From positions 40,734,001-40,798,000 of the forward strand of contig NC_043010.1 of NCBI RefSeq assembly GCF_006345805.1: DNA of 64,000 bases, written 5' to 3'. Within the stretch, counting starts at the first letter, position 1, and every line of letters begins with the position of its first letter. Below, piece by piece: positions 52,453 through 64,000 of this stretch. Under the pieces are notes generated by a model. It was not told where the DNA came from and did not search any database. It saw only the letters and a program-made list of their open reading frames with translations. This DNA comes from Octopus sinensis (taxonomy: Eukaryota). The position numbers and the translations under genes were made by a program.

Positions 52453-52529
52453 GAGGTGAGTGCATCGTGTGTTTGCAAGAGAGCTTCTGTGTATGAAGTA
52501 TATATATGTGTGTTTGCGTGCCTGTACGC

Positions 52530-52922
52530 TTTTACTTGCTTCAGTCATTTGGCATGCTGGAGCTCCGTCTTTAGTCGAGCAAATCGACCCAGGACTTATT
52601 CTTTGTAAGGCTAGTACTTATTCTATCGACATCTTTTGCCGAATCGCTAAGTTACAGGGACGTAAACACACCAGCATCGTTTGTCAAGTGATGTTGGCGG
52701 GGGGGGGGACAAACACAGGCACACAAACATACACACACACACACACACACATACTTATATACGACGGGCTTTTTCAGTTTCCGTCTACCAAATCCACTCA
52801 CAAGGCTTTGGTCGGCGCGGAGCTATAGTAGAAGACACTTGCCCAAAGTGCCACGTAGTGGGACTGAACCCTGAACCATGTGGTCAGTAAGCAAGCTACT
52901 TACCGCACAGCCACTCCTACGC
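52530..52922 (-). mobile_element. SINE family C, full length
   Basis: Reverse match to 34664-35058. Confidence 0.9.
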
Positions 52923-53299
52923 CGATATCTGTATGTTTACCCTGCTAATGAGTGTAGACAATTGGTTTGTGTTTGAATACTAAGGGTGCGTATATGTGTC
53001 GATAAGTGTATGCGTATGTATATATATGTATGTTTACATATAAACGTTTGTGTGCATGATGTTTGTATATGTATGTAAAATGCTATGGGCGTACGCCATG
53101 GAAGTTGCTGATTTGTTGTATGTGACTGTTTAATGTTAACATTTGTGTGTGTGTGGTTGTATTTGCGATTCTGTTAAGGTGTGTGTGTGCTCGCGCGCGC
53201 TTAACAAATGTTTGATGAATTATATCTTAATCAATAATCAAATATGATTATGTTCAATCATAATTGATTATCCCTCTTAATTGGTTTTAGTGATCGTAT

Positions 53300-53561
53300 T
53301 TCGCATCGAATATATATATGTATACATACATGCATATATATATATACACATATATATACACATACATACATATATATACACATATATACATACATATATA
53401 TATATATACATATATACATACATATATATACACATATATACATACATATATATATATATACATATATACATACATATATATACACATATATATACATACA
53501 TATATATATATACATATACATGCATATACATATATACATACATATACCCATACATATATAG

Positions 53562-53597
<36 letters not shown>

Positions 53598-53600
53598 CTT
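53300..53600. repeat. (TA)/(CATA) microsatellite. Similar blocks: 35420-35800, 37260-37985, 42620-43400, 47915-48020, 56450-56960
   Basis: Direct reading. Confidence 0.95.
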
Positions 53601-53703
53601 TGGTATGGCAAACAGGAAAATAGAACTCAAAACATATATGTAGGTAGGTAGGTAGGTAGGTGTGTGTGTGTGTTTGTGAATTCATTATGATTAGTAAACT
53701 TCT

Positions 53704-53930
53704 TAAGGCGGCGAGCTGGTAGAATCGTTAGCACGCCGGCCGAACTGCTTACCGGTATATCATCTGCCACTACGTTCTGAGTTCAAATTACGCTGAGGTC
53801 GACTTTGCCTTTCATTCTTTCGGGGGTCGATGAAATAAGTACCAGTTACGCACTAGGCTCGATATAATTGACTAGCCCACTTCCGCGAAATTTTCGAGCC
53901 CTTCTGCCTAGAGTAGAAACAACTATTAGT
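53704..53930 (+). mobile_element. SINE family A, full length
   Basis: GGCGGCGAGCTGGTAGAATCGTTAGCACGCC head, GAGTTCAAATT B-box, central domain, tail ending TGCCTAGAGTAGAAAC. Confidence 0.9.
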
Positions 53931-54043
53931 GAACTGCAGAAGTTACACTGATTCAACGGCTGAGGGTTTTGTTTCGGGCATTGCCATTCAAGAAAATCTT
54001 GGCCTTTCTGCTCAGTGACTTTTGCTGATTAGAAGTATATAGA

Positions 54044-54081
<38 letters not shown>

Positions 54082-54236
54082 CATACACACACACATAGAA
54101 ACACATACACAGACAAACAATTATAAATAAGGGCAAAAAGAAAAAAATGTTTGCATATATGCTGAAAAATAGACTCTAAATCGTCTAACGACATAAAATA
54201 TTTTCACTCATATATATATATATATATATATATATA

Positions 54237-54575
54237 ACAGAGATGTACTTGCATAGCAAGTGACCTGATCTGAGATCGTATGCTGAAACAAAAACAATTG
54301 CAGCGTGGAAGGTGCTTATAAGCCGTTTAAAAACACACAAAAACCGTTGGATTCACTTCAACATTTAAATTTAATTTGTCGAAATATTTTGGTCGCTTTG
54401 AAAATGCGACCTGTTCACTGATAAAATTCCGTGAAGCACGGAATTTTGTCAGTGAACAGGTCGCGGTTTCAAAGCGGCGAAAATATTTTAACAAATTTCA
54501 AATTTGAATTTGATGTGAATCGAACGGTTGTTGTGTGTTTTTAAATGGCTTATAAACACCTTCCACGCTGCAATT
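54237..54575. repeat. Foldback element in (TA)n: ~138-bp arms (54296-54433 / 54437-54575) around a 3-nt loop
   Basis: AATTGCAGCGTGGAAGGTG...TTCCGTG-AAG-CACGGAA...CACCTTCCACGCTGCAATT. Confidence 0.92.
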
Positions 54576-55374
54576 ATATATATATATATATAGATATATA
54601 TATATATATATTTATTTATTTTATCATAAAATAAATTACTTTACTCTGCTATGTATTGAGTACCTTATTTACTGTGGTTAACCCCGACTCAACCCGGGAC
54701 CTACATATATATATATATAGAGAGAGAGAGAGATGTATACCCACTAACACACACGTGCCCACATGCACAGCACGGATATATATTTGCATATGTTATATAA
54801 GCTGTGATTCAGTTGATGATCTGACGCTTCATTGCTACTCGGAGTCTTAAAACTCTGATGCACACGTTCGATCGATCGCGCACAAAAGAGCAAATTGCTC
54901 TATGTTCTTAAGTATACCTTAAGCACATGAAACTCCGTATAGCAATAGAGCAGATAACATTATGTATTTATGTATCTGCACCTCCGTATGGTCGTGTGGC
55001 GGTGAGGATTGGGGGTGTGCATTTGCATATTCATGTAAGTACATGTATGGGTATGCGGATATGTCATCTATCTATCTATCTATCTATCTGTCAATATGTT
55101 GTGTGTCTGTATATCAGTGTGTACATGTCTTTTGCTTGTCCTTCTCACCGTTCGACAACAGGTGTTGCTTTGTTTACGTTCCCATAATTCAACTGTTCGG
55201 TAAAAGACCCTCATAGAATGGGTAAGATATTTCTGAAAAAAGAAATCATAAATGAATAATAGAACGTACTTCGGTCGATTTCACCGATTAAATCTTTCAA
55301 GTCGATGCCCCAGCATGGCCACAGTCCAATACCTAAAACAAGCAAAAAAAAATAACAATATTTGTAAAGTAATA

Positions 55375-56015
55375 CTGGTTACAAAATTTGGCACAAGGCG
55401 AGTAATTTCGTTTGTTAAGCCAATTACATCGACCCCAGGGCTCAAATGGTAGTTATTTTACTGACCCCGAAAGGATGAATGGCAAAATGGGACTCGATGG
55501 AATTTGAACTCAAAGCGTAAAGACGGAGAAAATGGAACTAAGTATTTTGCTCGACGTGCTAACAATCCTTTCCTACTCTAGGCACAAGGCCCGACATTTT
55601 TGGTGAGGGGGCTAGTCGATTAGATCGACTCCAGTACGCATCTGGTACTTAATTTATCGAACCGCGAAAGGATTAAAGGCAAAGTTGACCTCGGCGGAAT
55701 TTGAACTCAGAACGTAAAGACAGACGAAATACTGCTAAGCATTTCGCCAGTCGTTCTAACGTTTCTGCCAGCTCGCTGCCCTAATCAAATGTAAAATATT
55801 CTTTTCTACTCAAGGCACAAGGCCCGAAATTTTGGGGGAAGGGGTCAGTCGGTTAGATTGACCCCAGTATGCAACTGGTAATTAATTTATCGACCCGCGT
55901 AGGATGAAAGGCAAAGTCGACCTCGGCGGAATATTGAATTCAGAAGGTAGCGAAAGGTGAAGTACTGCTAAGAATTTCGCCCGGCGTGGTAATAATCCTA
56001 CCAGCTCACCACCTT
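55375..56015 (-). mobile_element. Three consecutive SINE family A copies
   Basis: Three central domains in the same orientation. Confidence 0.88.
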
Positions 56016-56633
56016 TTACTATGAAAGAATATAACCAAAATGTTTGACAAATATAATAGCAATCCTCAGTGAATTACATGCAGTAACATTTCATTTTATT
56101 TGTCTGCTTGTTCTTTCGTTGTGCTGTTTTGGCTCGAGTCATCTCGATCCAATAGACCTGTGATACGAGTCGCCCTAGACATGACCATCTTATTTTTGTG
56201 TGTATCTAGTTAGGGGTTGTGGCGTGCGCTTTCCCTAGAGAAACCTATCCTGGTCCATTACGCGTCAGCGTATTTGTGCAATCGAAGAGCAACTATATAG
56301 AAATGCTAGTGTAGAAACAACGTAATGTTTTGTATATACGCCATTTTGAAATTCATTTTCAGAAAACAAATTAAACAGATGAGTGAATACGGCAATTACG
56401 TTACATTAAGTTCATTTTGTGTGTTTGCATTTCTGTAGGTATGTATATGTGCGTAGATGAAGGTGGGTGTGTGTGTGTATATGTATATATGTATGTTTAT
56501 AAGTGAGTGCATATATATATATATGCGTGTGTATATATGTTTATATGTATATATGTGTGTGTATATATATGTGTGTGTATATATATATTTATATATGTGT
56601 GTGTATATATATATATATATATATGTTTGTGTA

Positions 56634-56665
<32 letters not shown>

Positions 56666-57311
56666 GATTTAGATGTGTATGGATGGATGGTTGGAGAGAT
56701 ATATGCATGAAATTGTATTTATACACATATATTTGTGTTTCTATGTTATATACACATAACGTACGCGTGTGTGTGTTTATATATATATATATATATATAT
56801 ATAATGAGGGTGTGTCTGTGTATATAAATATATACGTATGTTTAAGATAGGTATGTATGTATTTATACATGAATATATGTGAATAGTATATTCGTGCGAG
56901 TGTGCATGAAGGTATGTATACATGGGTGAGTGTATATATATTGTGTGCGATTTGATTAGTATTTATACTTTTAATACTGTTCAAGTGATTAAATCTTGCC
57001 ATAACTTCAGAGAAAAATGTGTTGTATATTTGTGTGTATGTGTGTTCTGTGTCTGTATGCGTATATTACGCGACTGTGTGCCTCTCAATTTTCGTCAGTT
57101 CTTTGAATTATTCCTATGAAGGCTGGAATGGTTTGTAACTAATAAATCAAAATTCTGAATTGGAATTTAAATAAAAACGTTTGTAAAGCGTAACATATTC
57201 AATAGTATAGTCTTGTATATTCATCTTACAGACTAAATTTGCAGATTACATCTTAGTAACATAAGCAAAGGCTCGGCTTATTACAAGTACAGATTGAAGT
57301 TTATAGCTTGG

Positions 57312-57427
57312 GTTGCGAAGATATAGGCTTGTTGTGTGGTAAGAACTTCCCAACTACATGGTTCCGAGTTCAGTCTCACCTTAGGCATGTGTATTGTACT
57401 ATAACAACTATAAGAAACCTGTCGTAT

Positions 57428-57502
<75 letters not shown>

Positions 57503-57700
57503 CTGTATACATTTATGTATGTTTGTCCCCCACCCCCGCTTGACAACTATTATTGTGTGTTTACGTCCTCTGTAACTTAGCGCTTCGGCGAAAGCTACCA
57601 ACATAAGTATTAGGCTTTAAAAAATGAAATAAATACTAGGATCGATTAGTTCGGCTAAAATACCTCCAGGTGGTTCATCAGTATAGCAGCATTTTAATGA
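57312..57700 (+). mobile_element. SINE family C, diverged. Further diverged or partial copies: 59600-59900 (+), 60570-60720 (-), 60840-61085 (+)
   Basis: Head, internal microsatellite and tail recognisable. Confidence 0.7.
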
Positions 57701-57917
57701 TTGAAACAGGCATAACATAAAGAAGTTTCGATTGTTTTTCAATGATCCTAAATCGGATGTACTCAACCGTTGGGTTGTTCATATCAGCGATACTAGATTT
57801 CTTTTCTACAATCTGAAACAAGTATGTCCGGCATTTCTTTAGCATTCAGTAGCAGATTTTGATGAGAATATTTCACAATTATTCGCTGATGCCTCTTAAC
57901 AATTAAATCCTGGTTAG

Positions 57918-58050
57918 TGAGGGCGCGTGGACCGATGGTTAGAGTGTTGCACTGACAATCATGTGATGGTGATTTCGACTCCTGGGCAGGGCAGTATGTT
58001 GTGTTCTTGAACAAAATACTTCATTTCACATTGCTATGCGATCCTTTTGA
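57918..58050 (+). mobile_element. CORE-type SINE 5' part. Another old copy at ~61935-62170
   Basis: GATGGTTAGAGTG head and TTGTGTTCTTGAACAAAATACTTCATTTCAC CORE. Confidence 0.7.
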
Positions 58051-58749
58051 CACCCGACGTTTTGCTCACGTGTATTTCAACAGGTAAAGTCGATTTGATG
58101 GCGTGTATGATCTCTAAACAGAACAAACACTTGATAACTATATGCATGTCATATGTGCAGGCTGTTCAGCAATACATTGCGGAATCATCTTTCTCATATA
58201 TCGAAAGACTACCAAGAAAGAAAGCCCAGATTAACCCTAGACCAATGATAAATGGCATTACAACGATGGCGATCCCTTTTGTTTCGTATACCAATTTCTT
58301 TATTGTCCACTGGGGGCCAAACATAGAAATGGACAGAACAACTGATGGGATCAGTAAAGTGATATGATTTTATATATGTGACTTTAAAAATTTAAATGCA
58401 ATATAAAAAAAGCGAATGGAATTAACAATACAAAAACAATACAAATGAAGCGATGATCAGACCACGCTCTGACCCCACAAGCCCCAATCTACCGTTGGTA
58501 CCTTTTTTTGTTCTTTCTTTCCCTCTTTTCACGTGGTTCCTTGCACGCACAACACTCGTGCAACATGCTTCCATCTCTTTTGGAACGTACACTCCGACAG
58601 ACATCTCTTCTCCAGCCACAGTTTCCTTTTCAAATGAAAAGAAAGAAATGATCGTAAATTGTGGCCAGAGATAAAGTTGCCTGTCTTAATTCCTTTTATT
58701 CTAGTCTTTCATACTGCCTCTTTCGCTATTGCTACAACCGTGAGAAAAC

Positions 58750-58836
58750 AATTCTTACCTTCATTCGTTAAAACTCCCGGTGGGTCAATTATAAAAATTG
58801 ACCCACCGAGAGTTTTAACGAACGAAAGTAAGAATT
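58750..58836. repeat. 87-nt hairpin: 41-bp arms, 38/41 paired, 5-nt loop
   Basis: AATTCTTACCTTCATTCGTTAAAACTCCCGGTGGGTCAATT-ATAAA-AATTGACCCACCGAGAGTTTTAACGAACGAAAGTAAGAATT. Confidence 0.93.
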
Positions 58837-60710
58837 TTTTTCGTATACCATGGACTAAATTATCAAGTGTCATTTTTTTTTGAGATGCTAGAGTTTTATT
58901 CGAGGAAGATTTGCATGCGCTTTCTTGCTTTAGAAAACAAAATACATCACGACACACAAGAGTACGAGGCTGATAATTTTAAAGGAAAGGATACGTTATA
59001 TGCGTAAGAATCATCCATTAACACAGCCGATATTTTCAGTTGCATGGTCAATGATTAAGGGTTTCGATATTTTTACATGGTGTTGTTTGGCATAAAAATC
59101 TATCAAAGTATGTTGAACGGTATATCTTTTTATTTAAATTAGCTCGTGACTCTAATGATGCATGTTTTTTCGGTAACGGATTACGATCATAATTTTGAGA
59201 GTTCAATTCCTTGGTCGGAAAGTGCGATGCTTTCTTGAGTAAATTATTTCATTTCAGTTGGTTCAGTTTACTTAGCTAGCACAGAGTCTGCCAATATTTT
59301 CAAACTTTAAACAATTTTAAACGATGCCCGAAGATAGAATACCTATTCCAGCATTTTAATAATATTTTGTACTCAGAGGTTGCTTTGTTGCTTTTTGAAA
59401 ATGTATTTCCGTTGCCGCTTTGCCAAGAGGATTAGTCTTAGACTGAATACAAATCCAACGGTGATTTGAAAAAGGTGGAGGAAACAGAACACCTTTAATT
59501 TTCCTGTTACCGTCACAACAGAAAAAAATATTTTCTATTTATTCCATGTTTTATTTGCGAAGATTTTAACCTGTGTATTGTGTAAAGGAGGTTTGGGTAG
59601 CTTTTCTGGATTGCAGAGAGTATATAGCTTTTTCCCTCTCATGCGGTTTCGAGTTCAGTGCGGAACCTTGGGCAAGTATCTTCTCCTATAACTCCTGGCC
59701 GACCATCGCTCGTGAGTGAATTTGGTAGACGAAAACTCAGTGGAAAACTGCTGTGTGTGTGTATATATGGGTGCGTGTATGCGGGTGCCTTTACGTTTGT
59801 GTTTGTTCTTCCGACTGCTTGATAACTGTTGTTGATTTGCTTACGTTCTCGTAACTTAGTCGTTTGGCAAAAAGGACTCGATGAAATAAGCTTCATACTT
59901 GTTCCAGTAAACCTTCAAAGAGTTAGTAATGGGGAAATATAACCTCACGTGCCCATCACTTACAAGTATATATAATTTTTTATCTCGTGAAATGTTTAGT
60001 AGTCATTATATCCAATGTATGTCTCCTTACACTTCCGTCTACGCCGCCCTTAAATGTTGCACCACAAAACCTCGGTCTTTCCCGTCAAAATGATTCAACA
60101 ACAAAACAATTAAGTACATCAGTTTTTATTTTAGTTCGTTCGCTTGATAAACCGTTTGATTGTCAGATCTGATTTTCTCGGAAACTACTAAACCAAGGAA
60201 TACAATTTTGTTTATCAATGGTTATTACTACGGAAAATATTGTTTTGTTTTTCGAAATTTTTACGTTCTCATTGTTTGAATATAGACTGATCGTAAATAC
60301 AAAAAAAAAAGGCAGGGAAAACAAAAATTGAATCACTTATACGGAAAATTAAATCAATTATACGGAAATTGAAATACAATTTGCTTACAGACGTTTATGA
60401 TTAAAGAACCCAGTTACTCATGAAGCGAAATGAATTGTAGATGAACAAATGGCTGATAACACACATATCTACATACGAAACAGTTTAAAATATTATGGCT
60501 ATAAAAGCTAAGCAAGAAGAAAATATATTCAGATACTGATCTCATATCGTATTTCTTTTATCTTTTAATTGTTTCAGTTATTGGACTGATGCTATGCTGA
60601 GGCACCGCCTTGAAGTACTTCCGTCTTTTTAAAGCTTAGTACTTGTTTTATCGGGCTTTTAGACAGAAACAACACAACAACGGTTGTCAAGCAAGCAGAG
60701 TAGACACAAG

Positions 60711-60745
<35 letters not shown>

Positions 60746-61156
60746 TATACAAAGCACACAGTCGTACAACTCCACCTTTGTGCTTGTTCCTTATAAGTCT
60801 AATACGGTTTTTATTGCTCTCAGTATAAATATGTCGATGTGTATGAGTGTGTGAGTTTGCGTGTCTTACTGTTTGCCCATAGCTACCACATGTTAACTGG
60901 TGTTGGTTAGTTTTATGACCCGTGACATCAGTAGTTTAATAATAAAAAAAAAGAAACCGATAGTATGGGTACCAAGCTTTAAAAAATATAAGTACTATGA
61001 TCGATTTGTTTGACTAACCCTTCAATGTGATGTCCCAGTATTGGCCGCTGTTCAATGACTAAAACAAGAATAAAAGAGTAAAACAAAATGGCCAACGAAT
61101 ATAAATTCTGTGTTGGGACATGGATAAACGTAAATACGACGTTACAAGCATCACTT

Positions 61157-61193
<37 letters not shown>

Positions 61194-61299
61194 ATCCATG
61201 GTTATAGGCATCTTACGTATTATTCTTCATGCAACCTAAGTATTTAGCATGACTTCCTGTAACATATTATTGTTGATGAATCTAATAGCTTATATCGGA

Positions 61300-62655
61300 A
61301 GCATAAAATCTCCAGAAAATCATTCGTATGCAATATCAACAAAGTGGGGGAGAAATGCTTCTCATATTTCACATGGCCGAACTTCTAAAATGTTGGAGGT
61401 ATATTTCCCAGACCATCTAAGTTAGAGATTTTTATACGTTAATAGAGATCACATGCGTGAACGTTACTATTTTCTTAGCACCACGGCATGTTAATCTCAG
61501 TTTAACAAATCTTGTATGTAATATAAAAACCGCCATGTTAAAGAGACTTCGAAAATGTGTAAATGTCGCTCTAAAACAATGCGTCGTGCATTACACTGAA
61601 CAATTCTTCCCTGGGTCCCCTATATTTAGAACTGTTTCAATGTACCCATCTTGAAAGTGCTTGTTTTTATTCGCGGTTTTCTTATAGTTCTAAAGATGGG
61701 CTTCACATATAATTATGTAGCTAATTCTTTTACCATTGCTAATGCTTTTTCATATCCATTTGGAAGATAATCAATTAAGCAATTAGTAGCGTTATATTCT
61801 TTAATGAAATTACGCTAGACAATTCTACAGAGACCATCTGTACTGTTTCCCTGTCAGCATTTCTTCTAAAGCTATGCCAAACAGTCGTTATCAGTACTAG
61901 ACAAACGATAATTTTCAGTTTGTAATACAAAATTGTGACGGTGGGCGACCAAGTGGTTGGGTTGTTGCATGTTCTAACGAACGTTGTTTCGTTTTCCCGG
62001 ACCGGGCGTTGCGTTGTATGCCATAAGCAGAACATTATATTTCACATTACTGCAGTCCACTTAAGTATGAGTTCCAGCAAGTTCAGCTGCGATAACACTG
62101 GGTCTCGTTCAGGGGAATGGAGTGGGGGGTGGGGAGTATGTTGTAATCTCAGTCACTTATAGGCAATGGAAGAAAGGTTAAGCTCTGGTCTTGTTGAATC
62201 CATGAATTCATTAAAGACCTAAGTATAATTCTAACATAGAAGAAACTCAAAACTGTTTTATTTCATATTGCAAACCTGAGGTATGATTTCCGAATATTCG
62301 TTGCGAACTTCACAAATTTCTTTTGTTTCATAAGTAATAACTTCATGACATTCTGATCTGTCCTCACAGCAATGTTTTTCCATGAGGCATTTGGCATTTG
62401 TTCCTCAATACATGTTACTAAAAAAAATATAGACAGAAAACGAAAACGGTACCAAAACATGTGTTGCACCTCCTTTGTCACCATTGCAATGAAGCTATGA
62501 CGTCTTCAAGGTATATAAATGATCGCGTGAATTTTACTTGATGTTCCGTGCACGAGCCTTTTCAGTCTCTCTTTTGCTTCAGTTTTTTTTAGTGTTGCTG
62601 GTCATATTTGGGCTATTATTGCAATCCTTTGATGCTACATCTATGTGCAAGTCTA

Positions 62656-62691
<36 letters not shown>

Positions 62692-63870
62692 CAAACACGC
62701 GCAACATGCACTCGTACAATGAAACATAAAAAGAAAACTACGCCATTGTTGTGACGCTGGCCAAGTTAGGTAAATAATAATAGGGTGACATTAAAGGCTT
62801 TACGGTTACATTTTCACTTAACATCGTTTCGGCTAATGCACATTTTCTGTTTACTTTTGAATCATTTGTTAAATTCTAAAATGTAAGAGGGTTTTTCTTT
62901 TGCGCCCTTTTCTTTCCTATAATTGTTTACTTATAGTATCTATAACTGATTTATAGCTCACTAAAAGTAATTTTGTTTATGTCTTCTGCATCTTAAAATA
63001 GATTGTAACTGAAATATCTTCCGCAGAACATAGATCAGAGGTCATTCTAAGATGAAGTCGAAATATTTAGCTTTTTAACCCGGTTTAAGAGCTTTTCCTA
63101 AACAGCATTTTCCAACAAACAGATGCTTTCAGTCGGAACACTTTTTTTTCTATACTGAATGCGAGCTTCTTTAGAGATAACCGGATGTAAATGTTCGTCC
63201 ATTGTCAAATCCAATTTTATATTAGTTTCAACAAGACCTAAAACATTTCTATTGTGCGGTGCAGATAATGTGTCTGAAATTCCTCTGAAAGCCAAATTTT
63301 GTTCCGTTAAATACTGATTAATGCTCATTAAATGTTCCAGAACTTTACACCAACACTCTCCGTTCGTTTTCCACACGTGACTGCATCTTCTTATCAATAG
63401 TTTTATTAGTTAGAAATCGCAGTGATGTTTCGAATCACTTCTTAAAACATTCCAGATGATGTACTTAATTTTCATGTGGCTACAAATATTCATGAGCATG
63501 CTTCCAGTCATTAATTCCAGATTTTACCAAATTGACTGGTTTCAGAATCCAAAAGCTTTGCGACGAAACAATAAATTTTATTGGTGTTCTCTGACGAAAT
63601 AAGTCACCTTCTCGGAAATTTTTCACCATTTTAAATGTTCTCATACATCATCGGAACAAAGAATCTATGTATATTTGCAACTTTAGGAAATCTTTTGTTT
63701 GTTAAAAAAAAATGTAGACCCGTCTATAATATAATCAGTTTCCGTTACCGATTCATCTGGTCAGCGTCTTGAAGCATGGTAATTGATATTTCTTGAGAGG
63801 AAATTTTCAACTTTACTTGTAAAATTGCTAGAATTTGTTAAAGTGTCTTTATTGCATTTTCAACAATATT
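61300..63870 (-). pseudogene. Decayed hAT transposase (TTF zinc finger/DUF4371, ZMYM1-like or Tip100-like group), interrupted by a SINE and (CT)n
   Basis: Minus frames: NKIYCF...GINDWKHAHE; KVLEHLMSINQYLTEQNLAFRGISD...HNRNVLGLVE; KAKYFDFILE; GYEKALAMVKELAT...KPIFRTIRK. Many stops and frameshifts; ends not defined. Confidence 0.78.
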
Positions 63871-63924
63871 GCAAGTGCAGCAGTGTTGTTTCGATTTGAG
63901 CGTACAATTTCCCTTACTAATTGT

Positions 63925-64000
63925 TGGTACTCCGTCGGTTACGACGACGAGGGTTCCAGTTGATCCGATCAACGGAATAGCCTACTCGTGAAATTAACGT
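63925..64000 (-). mobile_element. SINE tail 2, cut by the window edge
   Basis: Reverse complement of the 8510-8585 tail. Confidence 0.8.

Noticed and set aside
57735-57850. Frame RLFFNDPKSDVLNRW...VCPAF with faint THAP-like spacing
   Set aside because: Lacks the N-terminal CxxxxC and the conserved His; too weak to call.

Overview
Repeat-saturated, AT-rich animal genomic DNA, most likely an Octopus species. That assignment is inferred from the SINE families and the (TA)/(CA) microsatellite load, not from a search. No intact protein-coding gene is visible, and most of the ORF track is microsatellite read-through. Recognisable coding material is transposon-derived: a full-length but inactivated DD34D mariner (20468-21742), a maT-like Tc1/mariner deletion derivative, a mariner relic, a CR1-group LINE 3' end, a Helitron 5' fragment, a decayed hAT transposase, a possible RTE relic, and a ~5.5 kb GC-rich Neptune-type Penelope-like element (RT + Cys linker + GIY-YIG) inserted in (TA)n. 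Around these are more than 40 tRNA-derived SINE copies in several modular families, four MITEs, three long foldback repeats and six minimal hammerhead-ribozyme motifs in Penelope-type terminal repeats. The most notable observations are: the hammerhead family, with a recurrent U4C core; SINE concatemers with a fixed 184-bp period and junction; a LINE/SINE shared 3' hairpin with compensatory changes; a strong minus-strand bias of the TEs; and a candidate 147-nt + strand exon whose donor site is followed by a perfect U1-mimic hairpin arm. SINE and repeat boundaries are approximate (+/-10-20 bp).
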